Assembly (NCBI GenBank): GCA_002104945.1
Contig: MCFH01000004.1
Span: forward strand, 868,001 to 932,000
Direction of reading: 5' to 3'
Length of the DNA stretch: 64,000 bases
Source: Piromyces finnis finn
Lineage: Eukaryota; Fungi; Neocallimastigomycota
The translations under genes were made by a program, and so were the position numbers. Below the pieces are notes generated by a model that had not been told where the DNA came from, made no database searches, and saw nothing but the letters and a program-made list of their open reading frames with translations. Positions 1 to 17,786 of the stretch are shown in pieces. Position 1 is the first letter of the stretch. Each line of letters begins with the position of its first letter.

Positions 1-291
1 GATTTCCTTCAACAAAACGGTTACTCTTCTTACGATAGATACTGTCCATTCTACAAGACTGTTGGTATGCTCCGTAACATGATGTACTTCTATGACCAAT
101 CTATTCACGCTGTTGAAGCTTCCTCTAACCAAATTACTTGGAACAAGATTCGTGACAGCATGTCCGATGTTATCTACAAGCTTTCTTCCATGAAATTCGA
201 AGATCCAGCTGATGGTGAAGAAGTTATCAAGGAAAGATACCAAAAGTTACAAAAGGAAATTGAAGAACAATTCAGAGCTCTTTTGGATTAG
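1..291 (+). CDS. VMA1: V-type ATPase catalytic subunit A, 3' end (gene truncated by window start)
   Basis: Frame 1 from base 1 reads [32 protein letters not shown]...[13 protein letters not shown]...FRALLD*, the typical V-ATPase A C-terminus. Confidence 0.93.
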   Translation, partial: DFLQQNGYSSYDRYCPFYKTVGMLRNMMYFYDQSIHAVEASSNQITWNKIRDSMSDVIYKLSSMKFEDPADGEEVIKERYQKLQKEIEEQFRALLD

Positions 292-871
292 ATTATTTAA
301 TAATAAAACTAATTAATTAAAATAATAATAATAATAATTTAGAGGATAATTTTAAAAAATAAGAAAAATATATAAATTTTTTTTAATTTTTTAATTTTAT
401 TTTTTATTCAAAATAACACCCAAATTTAAATTTATATATCAATATAATTGAATTTTATTAAATTTTTTAAAATAATACATATTTTTTTTAAAAAAAATTA
501 ATTTGACGAAAATAGAGGAAAATAAAACATTAAATTATATAAATGAATTAGTTACCAAAAATAAAATATAAAAACACATAAATTAAAAGAGGGAATAATA
601 CAATTATTAAAAAAAAACACACAAAAATAAATACAACACATACAAAATATAAATAAAAATTAAAAAAAAATAATTAAAAAACTAAAAAATGAATCTAATC
701 AAAATTATATTTTTTTTAAAAAAATATATATAAATAATAAAATCAAATAATTAAATAAAATATAATTTTTTTTATTATATACTTTGGTGATGTTATAATT
801 TTAGAAGTTATTTTAGAATTTATGAAGATTAAAAAAAGTATATGTAAACGGTTTAAATTCCTGAAAAGTTG

Positions 872-1608
872 GTAATAATAACAATAGTAATAATAACAAT
901 AGTAGTAATAGTAATAATAGAAATAGTAATAATAACAATAGTAGTAATAGAAATAATAATATTAGTAATGATAGCAATAGTGATGATAATAATTCTAATT
1001 TAGATAGTAATTTAGTTAATGATAGTAATAGTTCTAATAATCCGGTGAATATTAATGTGTATGATTATTCTAGTGTGTGCAGTGAAATATTTAAATTCCT
1101 TCTTGGGGAAGAAGTTTTAACAATATTAATTACAATTCAAGGGAATGGAAAGAACTTTGTAAGCGTCAGATTCAATCTGGTACTAACGAAGGAACACCAT
1201 TCTTGACGGTAACCGCGGAACTTCTAACCAAAATCATGCCTTTTGCTATTGGCCAGCAATGGACAATGTTCAAAAGGTTTGAAGCAACATCCAAGAGCGT
1301 CAATGCTGAAGAAACAGTAAGACAGGCCAGGAGGGCCAGCGCAACCAATGGAGATCATAATTTTGTTCCATGACGAAATTTTGATCTTTGGCTCGGTGTC
1401 CCATTGGAAGTCAAATACAATTATTATACTTTAGTATGATAGTGGCTTTCTTACTTTAATTAAAATTACTAGAATACATTATACCCAATTTTTATTCATT
1501 TGTGTTTATTTAAACATATTTTTTTTATTTTTATTTTATTTTAATTTTTATATTACATGTATTATAATTTTAATTAAATTAATAATAAAGTTTAAAATAT
1601 TTGATGCC

Positions 1609-1646
<38 letters not shown>
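872..1646 (+). mobile_element. 5'-truncated LINE fragment F1 (family 1, same family as the full-length copies)
   Basis: Near-identical to about 28200-28967, ending ...ttgatgccgtt plus 35 A. It has one G fewer in the cttggggg run (frameshift). The 5' end lies in the Asn/Ser-rich repeat, so the boundary is approximate. Confidence 0.92.
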
Positions 1647-1648
<2 letters not shown>

Positions 1649-2318
1649 GCAATAGTGAAGATAATAATTCTAATTTAGATAGTAATTTAGTTAATGATAG
1701 TAATAGTTCTAATAATCCGGTGAATATTAATGTGTATGATTATTCTAGTGTGTGCAGTAAAATATTTAAATTCCTTCTTGGGGGAAGAAGTTTTAACAAT
1801 ATCAATTACAATTCAAGGGAATGGAAAGAACTTTGTAAGCGTCAGATTCAATCTGGTACTAACGAAGGAACACCATTCTTGACGGTAACCGCGGAACTTC
1901 TAACCAAAATCATGCCTTTTGCTATTGGCCAGCAATGGTCAATGTTCAAAAGGTTTGAAGCAACATCCAAGAGCGTCAATGCTGAAGAAACAATGCTGAA
2001 GAAACAGTAAGACAGGCCAGGAGGGCCAGCGCAACCAATGGAGATCATAATTTTGTTCCATGACAAAATTTTGATCTTTGGCTCGGTGTCCCATTGGAAG
2101 TCAAATACAATTATTATACTTTAGTATGATAGTGGCTTTCTTACTTTAATTAAAATTACTAGAATACATTATACCCAATTTTTATTCATTTGTGTTTATT
2201 TAAACATATTTTTTTTTATTTTTATTTTTATTTTTATATATTACATGTATTATAATTTTAATTAAATTAATAATAAAGTTTAAAATTTTTAATGCCGTTA
2301 AAAAAAAAAAAAAAAAAA
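1647..2318 (+). mobile_element. 5'-truncated LINE fragment F2 (family 1, copy-B subtype)
   Basis: Starts directly after the F1 poly(A) and ends atgccgtt plus 19 A. It carries the 14-nt caatgctgaagaaa duplication (1977-2004) that gives AEETMLKKQ*, as in copy B. Confidence 0.93.
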
Positions 2319-3893
2319 TATCTTGGAATCCCATTCGACGAAGATCTCTCTCTGGCTCCTATTCTGTCTAATATGTACAAAAATGTTCAGAAATCTCTAT
2401 TCTCTTTTAAGAGCTTCCTCACTAACAATTGTGTTCCTATTGGCTTAAAAAATATAGTAATTCATTCCTATATTTTATGAAAAGTCTCTTATTATGCTCC
2501 TTTACTTGGTTCCAACAAAAATAGAATTAGAAGAGTCCAATCTCTTATCAATACTACTGCTTTATGGAGTGTCCATAGTTTTCACAATAAAAGTCTTAAT
2601 AACAAAGATTTTGTTTTTGAACGAAATTCATTTATTAGTCTGTATGCTCTTACAAGAGATATGAAGATTCCTACCCTTTCAGGTATTTGTGCTGCGCAAC
2701 AAGTGAAATGCTTTGTTAAATGGAGAAAATCAAATTGTATTATTAAAGATCTCGTCCGATCTACTCCTCCCATGTCGCATTACTCTTGGGCCAAAGAATC
2801 TTGTTCACTTCATAAGAAGCTTATGAAAATAAATATTAAAAGTACTAAAGATATTAGAGAATATTATTGGAATAATAATAGCCTAAATAATGGTAGTAAA
2901 GCCCTCAGATATACTAACAACAAATTCCTTAATTCAAATCGCCTAATGCCTATCGGTCTCAACAAACCACACTTAAATTTAGGAATTACCTGGATTATTC
3001 GTATTCGATGCGGTTATGAAAGTACTACCCGAATTGCTATTGCCAGTAATAGAGTTACTCCTGACTGCCCTCGTGTCTGTTCATATTGAGGATATAACGA
3101 ACAATCTTTTTACCATTGGATATTTGAATGTTTTGCATTCTCTGAATACAGAATTTCTTCACTTAGCTTTCTTGATGATTTTTTTTACCCTTTTTTACAA
3201 TAAATATAAGAATCAATTCATCACATACTTTCTCTCTGAAATGGAAGTAAGAAAAACAATTTATAACTATATTTTTACGTTCTTTCTTGGTGGAACTTTA
3301 GCTTATGATGAGCTACAAATCGGTAAGGCGTAACAAAGGCATTTGAATGAACAACTTTACAGTTCATCGGGGTCTCATGTTCCATATGTAGAGGGTCTCG
3401 CGGCTTTTCTTACTAAAACAATCCCTATCATCAGTAGCTCTATGAGGCTACTTTTTGATAGGTTTAGTAAAACACCTAACATAATTAAGAGCGCCGACGT
3501 CGTACCTATATGGCAAAGGAACATTCTCAGTGTTCCGTACACAGGGTTCAATGTTAGTATTTCTTCGAATGAAAACATTATGAACTCATGGGAGAGTTTA
3601 GTGGACACCACACTATCATACCTGATGTTACTTCTTTTTTTTATTTCATTTAATTTATTAGGTAGGGACCAATCCCACACAGTACAAATTGCAGAGTTCA
3701 TTGAACTTTTATGCAACTTAAATAATTTTTTTATATTATTTTATATTTATATATATTTATTTATATTTTATTATTTTTATTTATTATTTATTATATCAAT
3801 ATGTATTATCACCTAATATTATGTAATATCACAAATTAAATAAATAAATAAAAGATGTGTATTCTCTTCCTAGTCTAAAAAAAAAAAAAAAAA
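2319..3893 (+). mobile_element. Decayed 5'-truncated LINE fragment F3 (family 2, related to family 1)
   Basis: YLGIPFDEDLSL, YAPLLGS, CAAQQVKCFVKW, RCGY and CPRVC..HWIFEC are collinear with the family-1 post-RT region. It has stops and frameshifts, and ends gtgtattctcttcctagtct plus 17 A. Confidence 0.85.
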
Positions 3894-4824
3894 TTTCTCA
3901 TTCTATCTGTCAAAGAAGAAAATTTAAAGGAAAAGCTACTTATGTTGCTTTTCTAGACCTTAAAAAAACATACGACTCAGTTCCTATTTTTAATATCCTT
4001 ACAAAGTTATATAAATTAGGTATAAGTAAGTGTTTTGGTTTTCTTAACAATCTCTACTCTACCTCAAAAGCTCGTGCACGTTTCTTGGATATATTTTCTA
4101 ATGAATTCCCTATCAATCGTGGTGTAAGACAAGGATGTCCTCTTTCTCCTATTCTATTTAATCTCTTCATCAATGATATTTTAAATAAATGCGAAAGGCT
4201 TGGAGTTAGCTTAGGAAATAAACGTTGTTGTGGTGGCCTTTTCGCGGATGAAATTGTTCTGATTGCTCCTAGCAAGAAGAACCTTCAAAAGATGCTCAAT
4301 CTAGTCCTTGATTGGGCTAATTTAAATGAAATGTCTTTTGGAATAAATAAATGTGCAACTATTGTTGTTAAACCTATCAACTTTAATAGATCTCCTAGTT
4401 ATGTCGACCCAACATTTTACATCGGTATGTACTCGACTCCAAAGGTTTCTTGCTATACTCACTGACTCCTATTCTGTCTAATATGTACAAAAAAGTACAG
4501 AAATCTTTATTCACTTTTAAGAGCTTCCTCACTAACAATTGTATTCCTATTGGCTTAAAAAATATTGTCCTATAGTTTAAGTAAAGTTTCTTATTATGCT
4601 CCTTTACTTGGCTCCAACAAAAATAGAACTAGAAGAGTCCAATCTCTTATCAATACTAACAACAAATTCCTTAATTCAAATAGCCTAATGCATGTCGGTC
4701 TCAATAAACCTCACTTAAATTTAGGAATTACTTGGATTATTCGTATTAGATAATGTAAAATTGCATAATAAATAAATAAATAAATACAAGAAGTGTATTA
4801 TCTTCCTTATCTAAAAAAAAAAAA
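3894..4824 (+). mobile_element. Internally deleted LINE fragment F4 (family 2) carrying the RT core
   Basis: RT motifs FLDLKKTYDSV, GVRQGCPLSPILFNLFINDI, GGLFADEIV and FGINKC. Several internal deletions relative to F3. Ends gtgtattatcttccttatct plus 12 A. Confidence 0.87.
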
Positions 4825-4857
4825 TCATATTTCTTTAAAGTAGAGTTTACCAAGTTT

Positions 4858-5222
<365 letters not shown>

Positions 5223-5799
5223 TTGATATAGAATCAAAAAATAATAAAACGAAAACGAAAATTACTTTTATTTCAATGATAAATTGAATAAAATCTGGAA
5301 CAATGTCATATTTAAAAAAATCATTTCAATTATTTCAGACACTAGTTAAATGATATTAATGTAGTAAACATTAATATATAGAAGATAAGCATTTTCAATT
5401 TTTTGTTTGACACAATACAATTCAAAAGAGATTTAAAGAGTACTAACAATAGAAACATATATTTTAATTTTTAAATTAAATATAAAGTTTATCACATATT
5501 AAATTATTGTTAAGTATTTCCAATCTTTCATATTTCATATTTAATCTAATTTTAAATATCGAGAATTAAATATTCATATTTAATTTAATATAAATAATAA
5601 ATAAAGTTAAATACAAAAGATAAAAATATACATTGAAAGTTTATTAGTATTGCTATTATTTTTTCTTTCATTTAACATTTATATTAAAAAAACAATATTT
5701 AAATGCGTGAAATTAATTAAGAAAAGTGAAATATGAAATATGAAAGAAAATTATCAATAATAAAATATATTAAAAATATAAATTAAATATATAAAGAAA

Positions 5800-8700
5800 A
5801 TGTATAATAAAAACAAGTATAATAGAAGCAATAGTAATAGAAATAGTAGTAGTAGTAGTTGTAGTAGTAGTAGTAGTAGTAGTAGTGAGTGTGAAGATGG
5901 TAGTGAAAGTGAAAATGGAAGTGAAAATGAGTTAAAAAATTTTGACAGTCATTATTGTATTAGAAATATAATAAAGCAGTATGAGAATCCAATGAAAAAT
6001 TTGTCTATGACTTCATCAATTGCAACTCCTTTTATGCTTAAGAATAGTAGATTAAAAAAACATAATATATCAAAGAAAAAGAAGAAAAATGTGAAAAATA
6101 ATAGTGAAATAAAGGTTAAAGAATCACAAAGCTTAGATGAAAAGAAATTGAAAGCATATAATAATACTTTTATTAATGATAGTCAAGTGAATAATGATGA
6201 GCTAATTAATAATAATAAAGATAAAAGCAAAATAACTGATAATCCTATTAATTTCGAGAATTTTATTAAAAATAATTCATTAAATGATATGGAAAATAAA
6301 AAAATTTTAATAGATGATGTAGGGACTAATGGTAATATCAGTAATTTAGAGGAAAATAAAATTAATTGTAATAATATTAGTGGACGATTAAATAACATAG
6401 CAGATAATAATAATAATAATAATAATAATAATAGTAATAATAATAATAATGATAATAGTGGTGATAATGATAATAGTAATATAAGAATGGATGAAATAAT
6501 AAAGAATGATGATGTTAATAATCAAGTAGCAAGTGATGTAATAAATAATAATAATGGTAGCGATTTAATGGTGAGTAATAATATTAAAAATCCGGATATA
6601 GACAAAAATTTCATTGATAATGTTAATGACCCTATTGAAAATATAATAAATAGTAATAGTATTAGTGATAAAAAAAATGATATAATAAATAATAAGAGTA
6701 TTGATGATAGTAATGTTAATAGTCAAGAATTAAATATTGATGTAATTAATAAGAATAATATTGATAGATCAATAATAAATAATGAAATAAATAACAATAA
6801 TAATGTCACTATTACTAGGGATTCAGTTGATGATATAATAGACAATAATAATATTTGTGGTACAGAATTGTATAATATGATGAATAATGAACATGGTAAT
6901 AATCAAAGTGAATCAATTAAAGAAGAAATTAATAACAATATCAATAATACTACAAGAAATCTAGAAATAGATAATATAATAAATAATAATAGCATTAATA
7001 TTTTAGTAGTGGATGATAATAATATTGGTAGCATAATAGAAGATGCTATTAATATTAATAATAATGGTAACATTAATAGTCTGGAAGTGTGTGAAGAAGT
7101 GAATGATGATGATATGGATGGTTCAATTGTTACTAATGCGATAAACAGTAGTATTGATAGATCAAAAAGGAGTAATGTCATGAATGACAATATTAATTAT
7201 TCAATATTTAATGAAGTTAGTAATGATAATATCCATAATTCAAATGAAAATGCAATTGGTATAAATAATGATGATAAAATTGAAAATGTAATAAATAATG
7301 ATAATATTTGTATTGAAATAAAAAATACAACAAATAATAATGCTAATGATTCAGTAATAGATAATGCATTAGATAATGGTAGTTCCAATGATGCAGTATT
7401 TGAAAACGTAATAAATGATGATCAAATTACTAAAATGGGTGTAGATAATAATAAAAGCAGCAATAATAGTAGTGTTCAGGTGAACGATATAAAGTGTGTT
7501 GATAATGATGAAATATATAATGATTATTTTAATAGTTCTGAAGTAAATAATATAGTAAAAACTGATAATATTAATACTCTATTGGTAGAAAGTGTAAGGA
7601 ATAACAATGCTATACATGTAATAGTGAATAAAGTAATGAATGAGAATGAAATAAATAAATATATATCATTGAAATATGAAAATAATGATACAAAAATCGA
7701 AAAGAAATATAATAAAGAAATAAAAGGAAATTATAAAGCTATCATTTCTGAAGAAGATGAAATAGATATCAAAAGCAATTCAGAAAACAATGGTATTAGT
7801 AATTTAGTAGTGAATGGTAATATAATAGAAAATGAAAATTCTAGTAATTTAAAAATGAATGGTAATGCTTTAGAAAATAATGATAACAATATTAGCAATC
7901 CATTAAATAATGAAGGGAATAATAATATTGTTTATAATCAAGTGAATGGTTTATTAAATAACAATAACTATAGTTCAATCGTTAAAGATTTAAAAAATAA
8001 TAATAATGGTTCTAATAATATAATAATAGATATAATAAATAATAATTGCAAAGTCAATAAAATTAAAGAAAACGAATTATTAGAAAACGTTGATGAAGAA
8101 CATTATTATACTTTAATAGATAATGAAATAAATAATGACTACGATAAAAAAAGAAATATAAATAAGATAATCAATGAAACTAATGGTATTTATAAAATAA
8201 AAGAAGATCAATCAGACATAAATAATATTTTATATAATGATAGTATTGATGTAACAAGGGATAAAATGAATGATGATTTTATTCAAGATATAAAAGAAAA
8301 AGCCTTATTAAAGAAAGATGGTATTCTTAATCCACAAAATAATAACATAAAGGAATTAATAATTAGTAGTGATAATAATTTTGAAAATAACAATATTATT
8401 GAAAAAAATAATAAGAGATATATTGAAGGTGAAAATAATATTAATACTAAGGAAATAAATACGATTAATAATAAGCATGATGTTAATGATAATAATGAAA
8501 TATTAAATAATTCAATAGAAGTAAATACAATGAACAATGATAAAATTAATCAAGAAGAAATAAAAGAAAATACAACATTAAAAGATGAAGATAATGAATT
8601 AATTAATATTGAAATGAACTGTTGTATAAAAGAAAGCGTAAATGAAAACCGAAATATTGAGAATAATGAAAATGACTTAAAAGATAAGGATATACTTTCT

Positions 8701-8853
8701 GAAGAAATAAATAAAGTTTCATTAAATACTGCAAATATTGAATATAATAATAAAAGTAAAGATAATAATATAAACCATTTAGTGGATAGTGAAATAAGCA
8801 ATAACGATGATAGCATAGGAAGAACAGAAGATAAATCATTAAATAATATAATA

Positions 8854-8911
<58 letters not shown>

Positions 8912-10779
8912 GAGAAATATACAATAATAACCACATGAAAAGTGAAAATGATGATAATAATTTGGAATATATTAATAAAATTGATAACAGCAATATTAAT
9001 AATAATAGTATTAATGTATTAAATAATAACATAGTTTTAAGTTTAATAAATGATTCTATTAGTGATGAAGATAATAAAGATAATAATAAAAGTTCAAAAT
9101 ATGTCGTTGATGATATTAATAAAAATAGTGCAAAAGACTTAAAAAATGATTTATTATACAATATAAATAAAGAAATAAGTAATAAAACCAATAGTGGAAA
9201 TGATAATAAGAATATTAGTAAAAATAATCAAGAAAATACTACAAAAATCCATAATCATAACATTAATAAAAATAAGAGTATTAAAGATATAAATAGAAGT
9301 GAATTTAATTTAAATTCTATAATGAATAGTAATTATTATCCAAGTAATACAACATTTGTTCAGTCAACTGATGAGAATGAATCAATATATAATATAAATG
9401 ATGATTTTAATAATATAGATGATGATAATAATACTATAGATGTCGTATTGAATAGTAATATCAATTTAGGAGACATTAATAAAAATGAAAATTATATTGA
9501 TATTAATAATATAAATATTTCATTAGATGATATAAAAATTAATAACGATACCAAAAATCATAATAAAAATATCAAATTCAGAGAAAAATTTGGTGATAAA
9601 TTCAGTTACACTATTAATGGTAGTGGCAGTAAAAATAATTTAGGGGATATTACAAGAATTAGTAAAAATGATCATAATAATAATGTTAAAAATAAAAATA
9701 TTAATGATGCAGTTAAAACTGATATTAATTATAATAGTATCAAAAATAAAACTATCGATAATATTAGTAAAAGTAATTCCACAAATATAAATAATAAAAA
9801 CGGTTTAATAGATATTGTAAAAATAAGTCATCGTAATCTTAATAAAAATATTAATAATAAAAGTATCAATAATATTAATGATATTAAAAATAGTAAAAGT
9901 ATTGAACAAATTTTTATTGATGAAAAATCTGCTCAATCAGTGTCATTAGATGATGTCCCATTAGTAGTAGGTCATGTTAAAAAGTTTCATATATATAAAG
10001 ATATTTCATTATCATTTGCAAAATCATTAGGAAGAGTAAATGAAGAAAATAGAAGAATAAATCAAGATGAAAAAGATGATAAAAAAGCTTTTAAATATTT
10101 TAATAAAAGGGCATACTTATCAAGAAGCTATGATTCTTTAAACTGTAATTTTAACATAGAAACGGAACATATACCTTTGCAAAACAATAAAAAAACTAAG
10201 AATAATAGTATGCTATTTCTTAGTTCTATCAATGAAAGACTAAAAAAGAATATTTATTCTAATGAAGATAGCAAAGTAAAAAAAAATATAGAATTAAACA
10301 AAAAACAAGAAAATATAATCAATAGAGAAAATATTAATAGTGATAATAAAAATTATATTAAAGATTGGATGGTGAATAACATGAATGAAAAAATTAATTT
10401 TAATCAACTATGTTATGATGTATATTCAGTACCAACATTTGATACTAATATAAATAAAACTATTAAGCATATTATTAATGAAATGAATGTACAACAATCA
10501 GAAAAAGAAAATAAATTAAGTTCAAGAAAAAATTCTTTTAATAATATAATAAAGAATGAAAAAACTATGGATTATAATGCTAATAGCAAAGATGAATGCC
10601 ATGATAATATAAACCAACAAAATAAAACCGATATTACAGAGAATGGTTTTGAAAACAAAAAACAAACAAATATTAAGGAAACTAAATTAAGGAAGAATAA
10701 TATAGAAAATCAAGATAACTGTAATAATATCAAAAAACAGGAAAATATTATAGAGAGATCCAATAATATTTTAAATAAA

Positions 10780-10822
<43 letters not shown>

Positions 10823-11142
10823 TTAATTATAAAGAATATAATGAGAAAAAAATTAATAATAAATTAAATGAAATAAATGATTACATAAAATTAAAGAATT
10901 CAATTAATATTGGATCTTCATTATCAAATAAGTCTTTCTTTTTATTAAATTCAAATAAAAAAGAAAATAATTTGGGTAGTTATAATAGGGAAAAACAAAA
11001 TGGAAACAATTTTTTCAATATACATTTTATTTTTTTTATAATTATCATATGTATTTCATATTTATTCTATTTATATTTATATTATTATAAATATATAGAA
11101 TTGTTTGATATTATTTTTTCTCCAAATGTTACTATCACTTAA
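5800..11142 (+). CDS. Uncharacterised 1780-aa Asn/Asp/Ile-rich low-complexity protein with a C-terminal hydrophobic segment
   Basis: A 5.3-kb stop-free ORF in ~80% AT DNA. It has short non-repetitive islands (e.g. SLDDVPLVVGHVKKFHIYKDISLSFAKSLGRV) and ends FFNIHFIFFIIIICISYLFYLYLYY. No family recognised. Confidence 0.75.
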
Positions 11143-12130
11143 TCAAAAGTCTTGTAATAATCTTTTATCAGATTATTATTATTAAATTTTGATAATTCAA
11201 TTTTAAAAATATAAACATGAATTTTTAAAATATATTTTCTGTGATATATTAAACAAATAAATAAAACGTTAAAACAATTTTAAATAATCATTTTTTCAAA
11301 ATCTATTATATATAACATAATTTAATAAAAGTAAAATAAAACATAGTACTTTAAAAATATTTTAATTTTATTATTTTTATTTAATAATTATTATTTTATT
11401 CTTTTTTTAATTTTATAATCAACATTTGAAGTGATTATTTAATTTTATTTATCGAGAATACAATGGTTTTAGTATTACTTTAATAACATTTCTTTATATT
11501 TTTAATGTGGTGTATAATAAAGGATAAAAAAATTTAATGGAATTACACAACAGAAATTAAAGTTTATTTTTGTGTAATTATAAAGTATAATTATTTATTG
11601 ATTCACCTTCATATTTATGAGATAAAAATAGTATTAAACTTTATTTTAATAAAATAATAGTATAAATATATATTATGAATATACTTTTTTCAAAAAAAAA
11701 ATGATATTATCTTTCTTGTTTTTTAAGTTTAAAAGATTTTGATTTTATCTTAATTTAATAAATATTCAAAAACTTTAATAATGTAAAATAAGAAAGTTTG
11801 TGTAATTTTTTTTAATTTAAAATTTTGAAATTAAATATTAATTTAAAAAAAAAAAAATTAATAAAAATTTTCAAAAAAAAAAAAATTTTAAATTTATTAG
11901 ATTTCATTTTTTTTTTTTTTATTTATTATATGTAATTTTACAAAATTTATAAATTATTAATTCTAAATGCAAGTTTAAAATTATAATATATATTATTATT
12001 ATTATTATTTTAACTTTTCATTATAAAGCATATATATTTCACTGAAACTGGATATAAATAAATGTTAATATAAATAAAAATAGAATATATTAATATAAAA
12101 TTTTATTAATTATAAATTAATGTTATTGAA

Positions 12131-15800
<3,670 letters not shown>

Positions 15801-16197
15801 AAAAGTAAATTACAATAAAATTGTATATAATAATACTTTTAAAATATATAAAAGAAAAAAAAAAAAAAAAAAAAATGGAATAAATTAATATGAACAGAAA
15901 CAACAATAATAACAAACAATATTTTTTAATAAATCAATAAGCTTTTGATATTTTATCTTTTTTTTTTTTTTTCATATATTTTGTACGTTTATATATAACA
16001 TTTTCCATTTGTATATAATAGTATCTATTAATTTTAAACTAAAAAAATAAAAAAAAATAAATAAATAATAAAAACTAAAATTTAAGAATATATTTTTAAA
16101 ATAATTTATTATTATTGTATTTCATTTCAATTTATAAGCATTGAAAATTTTGTTAGGGTTTAAATTATAAATTTTATTTTATTTTATTTTATTTTAT

Positions 16198-16231
<34 letters not shown>

Positions 16232-16232
16232 T

Positions 16233-17754
16233 TTAGTCTAAGTTCATGTAATTTTTTGCAATTTTCATAAGGTCTAAACCAAGGAATCTTCCTAAGAGAC
16301 CTTCACCAGCATTTATTTCTGAAAAACTTTGTACATTATCAATTAATATATTAGTATTTGATACATCCTTGTATAATGATTTTATTTTAGCAATACAAAA
16401 TGGAACTGGTTCACAACTATGATCTTTAAGTAACATTGGAGTGGTATGATCTCCTGTTATGAGAATAGTATACTAATAATAAAAGAAAAAAGTTTATTAT
16501 TTTGATGTTAAATATATATATTTATAAAAACCACATAATTAAAATATATTTATTATATTTACTTCAACATCATTTTTCTTTTCGTCTTCAATTAAATTAT
16601 TTATAAGAGTTCCAAGCATATTATCAATATCATTCAAAAACTTTGTCTTTTTAAAAATATATATATTGAATAGTATTTTAATTTTAAATATATTTTTTTC
16701 ATTATTAACTTTATTTATTTATTACCTTTAATTCTGGTTTATTATCATGACTGGAATCATCAATTGCTTTTATATGAAGGAAACCAAATGTATAGTTCTT
16801 TTCTGTAATAAAAAATAATTATTAATATATATTTTAAAGTATTTATTATAATTCTTAATAAAAATACCTTTATCGGTGATAGTGTTAAAGAAATGTTTTC
16901 CCTTTGCATTAAAGTCCGTATGATAATCACCAGTAGCTCCTGGAACTTTAATGATATCAATTTTAAGAGTAGAACCTAATCCTGCAATAATACATGTTGG
17001 AGCTATCATAAATGGCTTTAAACCATGTAATTCCTCAACACTTGGTACCTATTGTTATTATATTATTGATATTTTTTTCATCAATAATTTTTTTATTTAA
17101 TAATTTATATATAATCCTGAAATTTTTTATATTATTTATTAACTGATAAACAATTACATCAATACAACAACCACAGCCACGAAGAAGAACACAATTAACT
17201 AATGGTTTTCCTTCCTTCTTGCGTTCTTCATTATATGGATGCTTTAAAAGAATATCTGAAATAGTATCTGAAAGCTCATTGACTAACTATATATTAATAT
17301 AAATTGAATATAAGGATTAAATACAATGTAATACAAAAGAATAATAATGATATTGAATTGATTGATTATACTAATTTGATAACATACTCTACTGGTAAAT
17401 TCAGCTTCTTTACTATTATCAGTTGGTTCACAATATACTAGTGGTAAGCTTGATATAAAGGATATATAAATATTAAATTTTTGATAAACAAAATCTTTTA
17501 ATTCTTATATTCGTTATTAGTTTACTTGTCTTTTAAAGGATCTGTTCCTGTAATTTGATTTGATAAACCTGGTCCACTAACACGAACACCACAACTATAT
17601 GATAATAACAAAAGAACAAAAAATTTTAAATATTAACATTAAGAATTTTATATAATAAAAATATATTTTATAGAATTACCGATGTTCTGTAGCATATTTT
17701 ACAGTAACTGAATATTCTGGGAAATTTGGTAATTTTCTTATCAAAAAAAAAAAA

Positions 17755-17786
<32 letters not shown>

